Part shown: positions 1 through 9,695 of the stretch, one piece after another | How positions within the stretch are numbered: position 1 is the first letter of the stretch | Layout: every line of letters starts with the position of its first letter | IMG/VR virus record: IMGVR_UViG_3300034272_002197 | Length of the DNA: 64,000 nt | Direction: 5' to 3' (one strand) | Origin: an uncultured virus (IMG/VR IMGVR_UViG_3300034272_002197) | Taxonomy: Duplodnaviria > Heunggongvirae > Uroviricota > Caudoviricetes | Program-made: the position numbers and the translations under genes | Notes under the pieces: generated by a model | What the model was told of the DNA's origin: nothing | The model's database searches: none | Seen by the model: only the letters and a program-made list of their open reading frames with translations

Positions 1-23
1 CGGCTATTGATACTTCTAATCTA

Positions 24-335
24 TTGGAAGTTTACATAGAACTTCATGAGCACAACGATGCTGATTATGTATTCTTTATAAACGACAAACCTTTGTCGGC
101 TACTAGTGGTCTCTATAAGTTTGATCTGCTAACAGCAGTTAATCTAAAATGTGAAATAAAAACGGGTGCGGTAGAAGTTGTTAAAGTTTTAATTAACAAC
201 AAAGAAGTATTACCAATTTATCAGCACCTAGCAGATCCGGCTACAAATTGGATTACCCGCAATTGGGAACTCACTATTCCTGGACCATTTTATCCTTGGT
301 ATCACGAAATAACCGGACAAGGTTGGATCGCTTGA
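24..335 (+). CDS. hypothetical protein (may begin before the window)
   Basis: ORF track; ends at the -35 box of the next promoter. Confidence 0.5.
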   Translation: MEVYIELHEHNDADYVFFINDKPLSATSGLYKFDLLTAVNLKCEIKTGAVEVVKVLINNKEVLPIYQHLADPATNWITRNWELTIPGPFYPWYHEITGQGWIA

Positions 336-361
336 CACAAATCTAAATAAGCTGCTATAAT
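332..361 (+). promoter_or_regulatory. sigma70-type early promoter
   Basis: TTGACA-N18-TATAAT; ATG 5 nt downstream. Confidence 0.75.
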
Positions 362-366
362 GCAGT

Positions 367-597
367 ATGACAACCATAGTTCTTGACAGCCGTGAATGGA
401 ATAAAATCCGTCCAAAAATTGATGCGGACTATGGTAAAATTACGACCATGATATCTTGGCGACTTCGTGAAACATTAGGGTTCACTGTACGTCATCACCG
501 GGATCATAATCCAATCAATGGTCATTGGATCAATGACATACGGCTAGACTTTGTTGACGAAGATGCTGCTACTTTTTTCAGATTGAAATACCTATGA
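367..597 (+). CDS. small protein, C-terminal FxLxW/Y paralog family
   Basis: ends LDFVDEDAATFFRLKYL. Confidence 0.75.
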   Translation: MTTIVLDSREWNKIRPKIDADYGKITTMISWRLRETLGFTVRHHRDHNPINGHWINDIRLDFVDEDAATFFRLKYL

Positions 598-944
598 CAA
601 CCAATGCATATCTTGTTTACTGGTGTGAAGAAGGCCTAGAAAGTGTGGTTCCTATTACCGAATACGAACATTGGGATAGAGACAACACGTTCAGAGTATT
701 AAATAATCAAGAAACGGTCCGTAATCCACTTAATCAAATGATACAAAACATGATGCTTAGAGCTCGTGTTAATAGCCAAAGACATTATGAACTTTATGCT
801 ATTGATTGTGATAACAGCATCAACAAAACGGATATAGAACAAATGTTCGAAGACGATCCACAGACAGCAGCAGATTTGTTTAGAAGTCGCGGTCATCGAC
901 TGTACAGTGCTCGTGCCGAAAAGAATCGTGTAAAGATTACATGA
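594..944 (+). CDS. hypothetical phage protein
   Basis: ORF with ATGA overlaps on both sides. Confidence 0.75.
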   Translation: MTTNAYLVYWCEEGLESVVPITEYEHWDRDNTFRVLNNQETVRNPLNQMIQNMMLRARVNSQRHYELYAIDCDNSINKTDIEQMFEDDPQTAADLFRSRGHRLYSARAEKNRVKIT

Positions 945-1258
945 ACATAGAGGAGATTGTACTTGAGCAGGCAGCAAAAGCACTTCAGTTGTCGATCGAT
1001 CAAGAAATTTTTCGATCATTTTTTGATGACACATCAATGAAAATTGTTTGGGAAAGAGACACTAATAAACCGTTGATACTTTATGCTAGAATCGCATATG
1101 ACCACGGACCCGTTACGCAAACTGGATTGAGAGATCACGATCTAGATCCTGTGCAAGATTGGTGCGTACAAAATCGCTGTGGTAGAAGAACCAGTTTTGA
1201 ACAGTTTCGATTTCGCAATGAAGAAGAACTTACAATGTTTTTGTTGAAGTGGGGATAA
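941..1258 (+). CDS. small protein, FxLxW paralog family
   Basis: ends FRFRNEEELTMFLLKWG. Confidence 0.75.
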   Translation: MNIEEIVLEQAAKALQLSIDQEIFRSFFDDTSMKIVWERDTNKPLILYARIAYDHGPVTQTGLRDHDLDPVQDWCVQNRCGRRTSFEQFRFRNEEELTMFLLKWG

Positions 1259-1259
1259 C

Positions 1260-1511
1260 ATGCAATTCGCTTTTAGAGATGCACCCAAATGGTTTCATGA
1301 TCACGTTCTAAATTATTACACTGAAGAATTGCACAACATTCAAAAGGCAGCTAAAACTATTCCTAATTACGATGATCAAAAGTTTAAAGAAATAGCAGTA
1401 GACTATTTTAGAAATAAAGGTTTTGATGCATGGTTAGATCAAGAAAATCACTTATGGTTTGATGTGGATCCTGATAGTGTTAAATGGACGTTTGAATTAT
1501 TAAGGAATTGA
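1260..1511 (+). CDS. hypothetical protein
   Basis: tightly packed ORF. Confidence 0.7.
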   Translation: MQFAFRDAPKWFHDHVLNYYTEELHNIQKAAKTIPNYDDQKFKEIAVDYFRNKGFDAWLDQENHLWFDVDPDSVKWTFELLRN

Positions 1512-1512
1512 T

Positions 1513-1707
1513 ATGTTAGATTTGATGCCTTGGGTATTGGTTGTACAACTTTGGACCGATCCACCGCCCAAGATGAAGTTTATTTACAGTAAAGTATATC
1601 CCAATTACCAAGAGTGTATGGAAGCTAGAAAAGAGTGGGACGACAAAGGTCTTGTTGCTATTTGTTCAGTAAAGTCCGAACACAATAAAGATAGCAAAAA
1701 ACCATGA
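1513..1707 (+). CDS. small exported two-Cys protein
   Basis: hydrophobic N-terminus, YPNYQEC...C. Confidence 0.6.
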   Translation: MLDLMPWVLVVQLWTDPPPKMKFIYSKVYPNYQECMEARKEWDDKGLVAICSVKSEHNKDSKKP

Positions 1708-1940
1708 GCGTGGTGTTTCCGGATGAAAAGGGTAGATTCATAGCCACTGGACCGTTTGATGATGACATGCCTTACTATTATATTATTATCGCTGACTTTC
1801 GTTGGTGGACCAATAACGAACCGGAAATATACGCATGGATGGATGAATGTTTGCCCAATGGACGCCGGCATCAACAAGGTATGGTAGTGGTAATTGAAAA
1901 TGAATCAGATGCCAGTAATTTCTTACTCAGATGGCAGTAG
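1704..1940 (+). CDS. small protein, FxLxW paralog family
   Basis: ends IENESDASNFLLRWQ. Confidence 0.75.
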   Translation: MSVVFPDEKGRFIATGPFDDDMPYYYIIIADFRWWTNNEPEIYAWMDECLPNGRRHQQGMVVVIENESDASNFLLRWQ

Positions 1941-2125
1941 TTGAATTATTTGACATTGACGAAATAGAGATTTCAACTTGGGCAAGAAAAAATTGTCCAA
2001 GTTTTGTATCCTGGTTAGTATACGAAAGCACTGATTTTGATAGCCACTGGTTTATGAGGTACGAATTTGAATTTACCAACGAGCAAGATGCTATGTTGTT
2101 TCGATTAAAATGGGATGGACAATGA
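1931..2125 (+). CDS. small protein, FxLxW paralog family
   Basis: ends FEFTNEQDAMLFRLKWDGQ. Confidence 0.7.
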   Translation: MAVVELFDIDEIEISTWARKNCPSFVSWLVYESTDFDSHWFMRYEFEFTNEQDAMLFRLKWDGQ

Positions 2126-2517
2126 TGACAAATCTTGAACGAGATATGAAAGATGCAGCCTGGTTTGTACATAAAGTACGAGACAGCGATTCATATGCAC
2201 AAAACCTTTATGCAGCATTGTGCAATAATGCTTTTCAAAAATTAGAAGTTGTTCCTGTTCTCCAGGACGAAGTTTGGTCGTGTACTTGGCGTTATGCCGG
2301 GGGTGTTGTTGCAGATATTCGTTGCGAAGGTGATTATATGGATTGGTACTGTTCGGGCATACACGGTGATCCCAAAGAAATTGATTATGCTGCTGCCGAA
2401 GCCCAAGGGTTCAATCCGGCCAAATATGTGCCTGAAAGTATCATCACTGACGAAATCAGGCAGGACCTCAAACAACTTGGTTGGATAGTAGTAGAGGATT
2501 ATTATGACGAAACCTAA
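2122..2517 (+). CDS. hypothetical phage protein
   Basis: ORF 2110..2517, ATG at 2122 overlapping the upstream stop; YAQNLYAALCNN motif. Confidence 0.75.
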   Translation: MMTNLERDMKDAAWFVHKVRDSDSYAQNLYAALCNNAFQKLEVVPVLQDEVWSCTWRYAGGVVADIRCEGDYMDWYCSGIHGDPKEIDYAAAEAQGFNPAKYVPESIITDEIRQDLKQLGWIVVEDYYDET

Positions 2518-2785
2518 ACATCTAGAAGACATACCGCCACTAGTAGATCATCCCCGCGAGTGGGCATGGAATATTCATCCTACCAACCCAATGAGTATCG
2601 TGATATATCATTGGAGCCAACCAGTTATGAGTTTATTTTTGGGCGAGGCCATTGAATCGTCCAGCCGTAATGCAGTATTGCAACACATTGTTGAATGTGA
2701 TCGTACTCCCTGGCTGACTCGCTGGCAAGAAGAAAAACATGCATGCCTAATCAACTTGTTGTCAGCTGACTATGCAGACCTATAA
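2504..2785 (+). CDS. hypothetical protein
   Basis: packed ORF. Confidence 0.65.
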   Translation: MTKPKHLEDIPPLVDHPREWAWNIHPTNPMSIVIYHWSQPVMSLFLGEAIESSSRNAVLQHIVECDRTPWLTRWQEEKHACLINLLSADYADL

Positions 2786-2969
2786 CAAAAAGTACTGGCC
2801 ACATCAGTTTAGAATGTTGCCTGAACCAGATGCTTGGGAACAAGCAGAGCAATTAGAACGTTTCTGTTATGATCATTACCGAAGCGGAGACTGGCGCAAT
2901 AATGGACTTCTCTTTGCGTTCAAAAAAGAACAGGATGCCACACACTTCTTGTTAAGATGGGGCGGATGA
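2772..2969 (+). CDS. small protein, FxLxW paralog family
   Basis: ends FAFKKEQDATHFLLRWGG. Confidence 0.75.
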   Translation: MQTYNKKYWPHQFRMLPEPDAWEQAEQLERFCYDHYRSGDWRNNGLLFAFKKEQDATHFLLRWGG

Positions 2970-3229
2970 TGCCAGCAGAAATAAGAATAAAATATAACAA
3001 ATTGGATGGACGTCGCGATGATGTTGACCAGTGGCTACGCACCAATGCCGGAATAGGATCGGCTAGATTTGGTGGACGCGAAGGTACAATTAGACATTGG
3101 CTCAACGGAGATGATTGGTTATACTATTCGGAATTTGGACAAGAAGAAGATCAATTGGCAGAAACCGATGTGGTATTTCTTTTCAAAGACGACCGGATCG
3201 CTACCGAATTTGCCTTGAGGTTTGCATAA
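2966..3229 (+). CDS. small protein, FxLxW/F paralog family
   Basis: ends FLFKDDRIATEFALRFA. Confidence 0.7.
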   Translation: MMPAEIRIKYNKLDGRRDDVDQWLRTNAGIGSARFGGREGTIRHWLNGDDWLYYSEFGQEEDQLAETDVVFLFKDDRIATEFALRFA

Positions 3230-3265
3230 TTTGACAATAATAGAATTAACTGCTATTATTACATT

Positions 3266-3508
3266 ATGACTTTTGCACATCAAGACAAATTAGGTAGAGA
3301 TCTTGTAATTGGCGATGCAGTTGCATTTCCGGATCATAATGGATTGATGATTGGAAAAATTACCAAACTAAATCCCAAAATGATCAGTATTCAAAGCGTT
3401 GATACTCGTCGACGCAAATGGAATGATAGTGATTATCGTAAATATCCACACGAAACTGTGAGACTTGATGCAGTTGACTTAACCGTTTATATTCTAAGAA
3501 ACGCATGA
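3266..3508 (+). CDS. small SH3/KOW-like protein
   Basis: DKLGRDLVIGDAVAF...GKITKL pattern; promoter TTGACA(3231)-N17-TATTAT upstream. Confidence 0.65.
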   Translation: MTFAHQDKLGRDLVIGDAVAFPDHNGLMIGKITKLNPKMISIQSVDTRRRKWNDSDYRKYPHETVRLDAVDLTVYILRNA

Positions 3509-3774
3509 ACAAACAAATACAAGAATTTGCCGCACAAGCTAAAAATCTAGTTCCAGCAGGATTACCAGTTGACCAATGGATTGAAACTTACAATGAACTT
3601 CTCGCTCAACTCATTGTGGAAGAATGTGCTCGGTGCTGCGGATCACAAGCCGACATGCGAAACATCCGTAAAAGATTTGGCTTACCTGCGGAAAGTAATG
3701 TAAAATATCCCGGCCCAGAATCTCAAGCTCATCATTCACAATACGGCCGTAAATATAATATTCCGGAGAATTAA
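3505..3774 (+). CDS. hypothetical protein (AxLIVxEC family, paralog of 50972..51325)
   Basis: LAQLIVEEC motif. Confidence 0.65.
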   Translation: MNKQIQEFAAQAKNLVPAGLPVDQWIETYNELLAQLIVEECARCCGSQADMRNIRKRFGLPAESNVKYPGPESQAHHSQYGRKYNIPEN

Positions 3775-3775
3775 C

Positions 3776-4063
3776 ATGGAATGGACCAAAGATCTAGCAT
3801 TATTTTTATTCTTTCCTGCGTGTATAGCGTTGATTGCAATTCTAACTTATAGAGGTGCAGCTAACAATTATAAAATCGTTCGGGTTACAAATACACTAGG
3901 AGAAGAAAAATACGAAGTGTATTTCCAATATGAGAGTATGGATTGTGTGAGTCGTAATTGGAGGCTAGAAGAAACATTTGAAACTGTACAACAAGCAGAC
4001 GAATTTATAGCAAAACAATATCAAAAAAGAGAAACTGTTAGAGAAGGCAAACTTACTAAATGA
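3776..4063 (+). CDS. membrane-anchored hypothetical protein
   Basis: N-terminal hydrophobic helix. Confidence 0.65.
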   Translation: MEWTKDLALFLFFPACIALIAILTYRGAANNYKIVRVTNTLGEEKYEVYFQYESMDCVSRNWRLEETFETVQQADEFIAKQYQKRETVREGKLTK

Positions 4064-5088
4064 TCAAACGAATTGGCTTTGCTTGTAAATGGCTCAACGA
4101 CCCGTCGGAATGTAGCGGCATGAAAGTGAACGCTGTGGATCGTGATCTCAACGGTCGTAGCACTACCATGCGCTGGCTGCGCGAACATCCCGAACAGGCC
4201 GAGCAGCGTCAGTGGGATATCATGAATCACAATGCTTCGGCAGCAGTCAAGATGATTGAGCGGGTGGCTACACTGCCTGCAGAGCGCAGAATGGTTCGTC
4301 TTGGCAGCGAAATGCTACAAGGCTACACAGAAAAAGATTGGCAAGCTTGGTGGCAGCAGTCTGACGTGCAAAGACACCTAGAGAAAATATTTGCACCCAT
4401 TGGCGAAACTGCCAGACGCTTGGATGTTAGACTCAGTTTCCATCCCGGACAATTCTGTGTACTGGCATCCGAAAACGACAACATCGTAAATAGAAGTATA
4501 GAGGAGTTTGAATATCATGCAGATATGGCAAGATGGATGGGCTACGGCACTTCGTTCCAGGACTTTAAAATCAATGTCCACATCTCGGGCAAACGCGGTC
4601 CAGCCGGTATCCGCAGTGCGCTCCAGCGTCTCAGCTCCGAAGCAAGAAATTGCATCACCATCGAAAACGACGAAATGTCTTGGGGGCTCGAAGCCAGTCT
4701 CGAATTGGTCGACGACGTCGCTTTGGTGCTAGACCTACATCATCATTGGATTGCTACAGGAGAATATATTGACCATAGAGATGATCGTATCAAGAGGATC
4801 GTTGATAGTTGGCGCGGTGTGCGCCCTGTTGTTCATTTTAGCACTAGTCGTGAAGACGTTCTTGTGGGTCATGACTGTACCAATCGTCCACAGCTTGATT
4901 CACTTTTGGTAGAAGGTTATAAAAAACAAAAACTACGAGCACACAGTGATTTTGCATGGAATCGTGCCTGCAATGAGTGGGCATTAGAACATTGGTCTTG
5001 GGCAGACATCATGGTTGAAGCCAAAGGCAAGAATCTAGCTAGTCAACAATTATATGATCAGTGGTTAGAAACAAATCCAACTGTTTAA
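4060..5088 (+). CDS. uvsE: UV DNA damage endonuclease (UVDE)
   Basis: RIGFAC, RLSFHPGQFCVLAS, IENDE, LDLHHH, RAHSD, MVEAKGK motifs. Confidence 0.93.
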   Translation: MIKRIGFACKWLNDPSECSGMKVNAVDRDLNGRSTTMRWLREHPEQAEQRQWDIMNHNASAAVKMIERVATLPAERRMVRLGSEMLQGYTEKDWQAWWQQSDVQRHLEKIFAPIGETARRLDVRLSFHPGQFCVLASENDNIVNRSIEEFEYHADMARWMGYGTSFQDFKINVHISGKRGPAGIRSALQRLSSEARNCITIENDEMSWGLEASLELVDDVALVLDLHHHWIATGEYIDHRDDRIKRIVDSWRGVRPVVHFSTSREDVLVGHDCTNRPQLDSLLVEGYKKQKLRAHSDFAWNRACNEWALEHWSWADIMVEAKGKNLASQQLYDQWLETNPTV

Positions 5089-6166
5089 TAAAGTCCTGGG
5101 CCAGTTGACCGTACCAATCAGTTTCTAACATCGTGCGTTGATTGTGGTTGACAATATCAGCAATCTGATTTTGTATCTGGTCCGGGTCTTGAGAACAAAG
5201 AATTTCAAATTGATCTAATGCCATGGTCCAGCGTCGGACGTTGTCTTTTTCTTGATCATAACTTTCATCTATTATATTGTTGAAAGTTTTAAAACCAAGA
5301 CTGCGTAAAAATTCCAAATATCCTTGCCCAGCAATAGCAATAAAAAGTCTACCTGCCATTATTGGTTTGACAATTTTTTCAGTATAAAAGTTATAAGAAT
5401 TACTGAAATTGGTTTCTGCTACTAATGAATAATGAGTTTGGTTATACACTGATATAGGCACAACTTGACTCAATGACATACCTTTTCCGTAGTAAATCAC
5501 AGGATCAATGGTATGTTGATATGTTCTAGATTGTTCAAACTCCAACCCTTCTGTTTCGAATTGAAACGAAGTAGTTTTTAAATCTTGATTGGCCCAACGA
5601 TGATAGCTCATTAACACTTTGCTATCCAATTGACGTTCAATTATAGATGAATAAACAAAGTCTCTATGTGTGCGGGCGCATCCTAGCAGCACATCAAAAT
5701 GTTTTTCTTTGCTAGAATTTTTTAGTAATTTTTGATCTAGTAGATCAGGTTTTATGTTCTTGTAAAAATAACTGGTTGTGATAAACCAATCCATCCATTG
5801 ATATACTCGGGCATGTTGGAATTGATGTTTGATTCGGCCGCAAATGTAAAATGATACATTTGGTTTGTCCAGGTTTATAATTTGCTCTACAGTGGCTTCG
5901 TGTAGTTCTGAACAAAATATAAAGGTATGACTGACATGATTATAAATTTTTTCAAAACGAGAAAGCCATTCACCGTTTGCCGGAAACGGCACATGAAAAC
6001 TGGCCAGTTTTAAATTGGTTGTTGTGGATAAAAATTGATCTAGGTCATTGTATAGATCCTTGGGAGAGAATCTATATTTGTAATCATTGAGTTGATAAAA
6101 ATGCCACGAACTAATGCCGGTGTCAACGTATACACTGACATTAGTCAGTGGCAATATTTCTATCAT
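5039..6166 (-). CDS. putative glycosyltransferase-like enzyme
   Basis: SLVAET...FYTEKIVKPI...FI...G...LRSLGFKTF...IDESYD, GT10-like C-terminal pattern. Confidence 0.55.
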   Translation of the reverse strand: MIEILPLTNVSVYVDTGISSWHFYQLNDYKYRFSPKDLYNDLDQFLSTTTNLKLASFHVPFPANGEWLSRFEKIYNHVSHTFIFCSELHEATVEQIINLDKPNVSFYICGRIKHQFQHARVYQWMDWFITTSYFYKNIKPDLLDQKLLKNSSKEKHFDVLLGCARTHRDFVYSSIIERQLDSKVLMSYHRWANQDLKTTSFQFETEGLEFEQSRTYQHTIDPVIYYGKGMSLSQVVPISVYNQTHYSLVAETNFSNSYNFYTEKIVKPIMAGRLFIAIAGQGYLEFLRSLGFKTFNNIIDESYDQEKDNVRRWTMALDQFEILCSQDPDQIQNQIADIVNHNQRTMLETDWYGQLAQDFIKQLDLFLTTDHIIVD

Positions 6167-6468
6167 TTAGCTCTGGGTTTTTTTGCAGCGGGTTTTTTAA
6201 CAGCCGTTTTGGCTTTGGCTACAGTTTTCTTTGCAACTGTTTTGGCCTTGGTAGCAGTTTTCTTTGTTTTTTCAACAACTACTTCTGCTGCTGCTACTGC
6301 ATCTTTGATGTCTACTTTGCCATCCTTGTTTACATCCAATGCCTCGACTACAGCATTTTTGGTAGCACCGTCAAGTGGATGCGAGCCCGAATCATCAAAC
6401 TTTCGATCCTTCCACATAAACCACGTAAGTACAGCAACAATTGCAACAATAAGAATTATGAACTCCAT
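6163..6468 (-). CDS. membrane-anchored protein with DxNxDG loop and Lys/Ala-rich histone-like tail
   Basis: TM helix, LDVNKDGKVDIKD, KKTATKAK repeats; AAGGAG RBS on the minus strand. Confidence 0.75.
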   Translation of the reverse strand: MEFIILIVAIVAVLTWFMWKDRKFDDSGSHPLDGATKNAVVEALDVNKDGKVDIKDAVAAAEVVVEKTKKTATKAKTVAKKTVAKAKTAVKKPAAKKPRAK

Positions 6469-6608
6469 TTTTACATCTCCTTGAAAAATATGTAAAATAT
6501 TTAGTATTTAAAAATGGTGAAACAAAATCATTAACTGAGTACATTTAATGTTGCAACGCAGCATAAATTATAGTATAATCATTAAACATTAATTTAAGGA
6601 GAAATCAA

Positions 6609-6827
6609 ATGTTCACAGTAGATACCTTGGTTGACAATGCAGTCAAGACCACCAAATCAGTGTTGATCCATGTTCCAAATGAAGATGTACGTACCGGCCT
6701 AGAAACTTTGGTTGATGCAAATGCTGCTTTTACCAAGACCGTTTACAACACCAGTTTTGAACTGGCTAAAACTGTTGCTGATTCAGCAATTGCTTTTTTC
6801 CCAAAGCAACCTGTTAGCAAAAAGTAA
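6609..6827 (+). CDS. phasin-like small helical protein
   Basis: AAGGAG RBS, amphipathic helical sequence, TGC-N3-GCA box at 6553-6561. Confidence 0.5.
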   Translation: MFTVDTLVDNAVKTTKSVLIHVPNEDVRTGLETLVDANAAFTKTVYNTSFELAKTVADSAIAFFPKQPVSKK

Positions 6828-6852
6828 ACAATTGCTAAAATAGCAAGATTCT

Positions 6853-6890
6853 AAGCCCTGCTTGACAGGGCTTTTTCTTTATGCTATACT
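6853..6890 (+). terminator. intrinsic terminator overlapping a sigma70 promoter
   Basis: AAGCCCTG-CTTGA-CAGGGCTTTTT; TTGACA(6862)-N17-TATACT. Confidence 0.75.
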
Positions 6891-6922
6891 GTGTTTGTAA
6901 TTAACTAAAAATCTATACAGTT

Positions 6923-7207
6923 ATGAACAAACTACTTTTAAATTGTCGCCCAGGTACAGTATTTGATGCTACCAGCAAAGAGCATCGAAAAGCGTATCAT
7001 ACTTTTATTACCAATTCAAGTTGGGGACGAAGTCCATATCAATTCATTCTTGAACCTGGATTTGAAGATGTTCCTACCATGTGCCGACACAGACTCTGCG
7101 AATATTATGTAAACAGAGAATTTAATAATAAACGTAGGAATACGTCGTTGTCCAACAATAACAAATTGACCGTAGTCAAATTGAAACCAAAACAAACGGT
7201 TGACTAA
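6923..7207 (+). CDS. hypothetical phage protein
   Basis: ORF downstream of promoter. Confidence 0.7.
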   Translation: MNKLLLNCRPGTVFDATSKEHRKAYHTFITNSSWGRSPYQFILEPGFEDVPTMCRHRLCEYYVNREFNNKRRNTSLSNNNKLTVVKLKPKQTVD

Positions 7208-7257
7208 AAATACCAATTTTGCATATAATAGAAACTGTTAAATTAACTGAGTTTGAA

Positions 7258-7629
7258 ATGGGACTTGACATGTATGCCTACACAGCCGCCAAGGCTGGTC
7301 TTGATTGGGACGGTAAAAACCAACGTGAAATTGCCTACTGGCGAAAACATCCTAACCTGCATGGTTGGATGGAGCAACTGTGGCGTCGCAAAGGCGAAGC
7401 AGCTCCTAGCGACGATCCTATGTTCAATGGTATCGAACTAGAACTCACATGGGAAGATTTAGATGAGCTGGAGCAGGCCATCAAAAACAAAGATCTGCCG
7501 TCTACTAGAGGCTTCTTTTTTGGAGATGACAGCGACGAGTACTATCGCCTTCAAGATCTAGAATTTATCAAAAATGCACGAGCAGAAATTTTTAGTGGAC
7601 TCAAAGTTTTTTACAACTCATCCTGGTAA
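7258..7629 (+). CDS. conserved-type phage protein (MGLDMY...YWRKH)
   Basis: start reassigned to ATG 7258 downstream of promoter 7200-7229. Confidence 0.75.
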   Translation: MGLDMYAYTAAKAGLDWDGKNQREIAYWRKHPNLHGWMEQLWRRKGEAAPSDDPMFNGIELELTWEDLDELEQAIKNKDLPSTRGFFFGDDSDEYYRLQDLEFIKNARAEIFSGLKVFYNSSW

Positions 7630-7640
7630 GGAGTAATAGC

Positions 7641-7796
7641 ATGACCCAAGTAGAACGTTTTGCAAACGAAGCAGTTTTTATCCTGCAACTTAATTCTAGA
7701 GAAGCACAACGCTATACTCAACGCAATTCTGCGTGTTCAGAAAATACAGCACAAAATGCTGTCAAGCAGGTAATGACATGGTATCGCCAAAAGTAA
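7641..7796 (+). CDS. small hypothetical protein (51 aa, not in ORF track)
   Basis: AAGGAG RBS; MTQVERFANE...WYRQK*. Confidence 0.6.
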   Translation: MTQVERFANEAVFILQLNSREAQRYTQRNSACSENTAQNAVKQVMTWYRQK

Positions 7797-8050
7797 TTGC
7801 TATTGGCACTTTGATGCTTGGTGGGTGTTCGCTACTTCCGCCCACTGAACATCCATCGCCCAATCTGACTATCAATAGATGGCAAGTGAATTGTGCTAAT
7901 CTAAAAGCCGAACGTGGATTGTTGGAACGCAATCTGCGCTTGGTTGATAAGTCCAAGCTAGAGCATGATGCTGTGGCTAGAGAAAAGGTTGGTATTATTA
8001 ATCAGAAGATTCTAGACTCGGATGATCTATGCGGAACAAAATCACGATAA
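7778..8050 (+). CDS. putative lipoprotein
   Basis: signal peptide with lipobox LGGC. Confidence 0.65.
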   Translation: MVSPKVIAIGTLMLGGCSLLPPTEHPSPNLTINRWQVNCANLKAERGLLERNLRLVDKSKLEHDAVAREKVGIINQKILDSDDLCGTKSR

Positions 8051-8349
8051 TTATCTTGTTGCTGCTGACTGGCTGTTCGTCAATGACCACTGAAACTAGA
8101 CTTACAACACAAGATCTAAACCGTTATCAAATTGATTGTTCTGCTGAAGGACAAAAGCAATTTCTTGAAAGTCAACGAGTGAGTCAACGGGACGAAATTG
8201 TCAATGCATTGTTGATTCGCAGTTGGTTTGGGTTTATTTCATCGGTCAATGACGGAACTTATCAAGAACGTAGAAACATAGACGAAGGTCGTCGCAGTGC
8301 AGTACAGCGTATGGCCGAATACGACAGGCAAAAAACATGCAGAAATTAA
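8029..8349 (+). CDS. putative lipoprotein
   Basis: lipobox LTGC. Confidence 0.75.
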   Translation: MRNKITIIILLLLTGCSSMTTETRLTTQDLNRYQIDCSAEGQKQFLESQRVSQRDEIVNALLIRSWFGFISSVNDGTYQERRNIDEGRRSAVQRMAEYDRQKTCRN

Positions 8350-8936
8350 TTGTTGGTTTACTTCTAGCAACTGCAACAGCAGCCAATGCTGAATGCTATC
8401 AACGCAAAGAAATTTTAAGCGTGGGTGGCTTGCCCATCGATAGTCAACGAGAATCTTATGTTCAAGTAAAGCCCAATCACTATAAATGCACATACTCATT
8501 TAGAGTTTTGGTTGATCGTACCTGGACCTGGGCCGAAAAGTATGGCGAAGGTAATACTGCGGTTAGGGCCTGTATGGCTGCCAGAGATACTGCCAGCACT
8601 TGGCTAATGCTTAACACACCTGAACATGATATGAGTGTTCAGCAAAATATCGAAACTGTTTGTGATACTGCTAAAAAGAAACCCACTACGGTTAGAATTG
8701 GACAAGAAGTAAATCTCAGTGATCTAGTAATTGATCCAAAATTTGTCAATAACGATGGATCAATTCGTTTTGTTCGTCCAGTTGATGCACCTGAACTAAC
8801 CTGTAGTATCTTTCTAGAAACACAGATTCGTCCCGACGGTGTTGCCGTTCAAAACAAAGGTTATGTGTGTAGAACTGGACAGACTTGGACTGTTTGGAAG
8901 AAATGGGAAAACAGCCGGATTGACAATAAACCCTAA
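8337..8936 (+). CDS. secreted Cys-rich protein
   Basis: Sec signal ending ANA-E; six Cys. Confidence 0.7.
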   Translation: MQKLIVGLLLATATAANAECYQRKEILSVGGLPIDSQRESYVQVKPNHYKCTYSFRVLVDRTWTWAEKYGEGNTAVRACMAARDTASTWLMLNTPEHDMSVQQNIETVCDTAKKKPTTVRIGQEVNLSDLVIDPKFVNNDGSIRFVRPVDAPELTCSIFLETQIRPDGVAVQNKGYVCRTGQTWTVWKKWENSRIDNKP

Positions 8937-8981
8937 TTATATTATACTATAATCATGTTAAACAAAACACAAGAGATATAT

Positions 8982-9101
8982 ATGAAATCAGTTCTTTTTG
9001 CAGTGGTTGTAGCTCTAACAGGATGTGGTACTGTTGGTGGAGCAGTAAGTGGCGCTGGCACTGATTTACAAAAGGCCGGTGATTGGATTAAATCTAAATA
9101 A
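8982..9101 (+). CDS. entericidin-like small lipoprotein (39 aa, not in ORF track)
   Basis: MKSVLFAVVVALTGCGTVGGAVSGAGTDLQKAGDWIKSK; lipobox plus GxGxDxxxxG. Confidence 0.7.
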   Translation: MKSVLFAVVVALTGCGTVGGAVSGAGTDLQKAGDWIKSK

Positions 9102-9112
9102 AGAGGTAAACT

Positions 9113-9679
9113 ATGTATAAAGTAATTCCTGTAATTCTAGCGGTAATGCTGTCTGCTTGTAGTAGCACTAAAGACCCTAGTGTCAAAATGGCCGAAGAAG
9201 CTCGTGAACGTAGAGTAGATTCCGCCAAGACTGTTATCAAAAGTCAGCCCAAGTGGTACAAAGAAGGTTGCCCGGCTACTACTGAAATTGCCTGTGCTAT
9301 GTCTACAGAAACTTCAGACAACATGCAGTCCGCACTAGATACAGCCATTGAGTTTGCTAAAGGTCAAATTTGTGATACAGCTGGTGGACAAGTTGACAAA
9401 GTCAGCAAAACCTTCCGTACACAAGAAGGCAAAAACTCTAGCACTAATACAAAAACTGCAATTCGCAGCAAATGTCCTAGTGTAGATATTACTGGTGCTT
9501 ATCTAGCTGAACGAGAAGTGATTGCACTAAACGATGGCACATTCCAGGCTTATGTAAAAGTGGTTCTACCAATTGGTGAGAATCCGCTGAAAGATCGTAA
9601 AGATCGTCAGGCTCTGGCTCGTAGCAACGAAGTAGAAGGCGAGAAACTACTCAATGAGTTAGATACAAACAAGCGGTAA
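9113..9679 (+). CDS. lipoprotein (LPP20-like)
   Basis: lipobox LSAC, PKWY motif. Confidence 0.7.
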   Translation: MYKVIPVILAVMLSACSSTKDPSVKMAEEARERRVDSAKTVIKSQPKWYKEGCPATTEIACAMSTETSDNMQSALDTAIEFAKGQICDTAGGQVDKVSKTFRTQEGKNSSTNTKTAIRSKCPSVDITGAYLAEREVIALNDGTFQAYVKVVLPIGENPLKDRKDRQALARSNEVEGEKLLNELDTNKR

Positions 9680-9695
9680 AAACTGTTTAACAACG

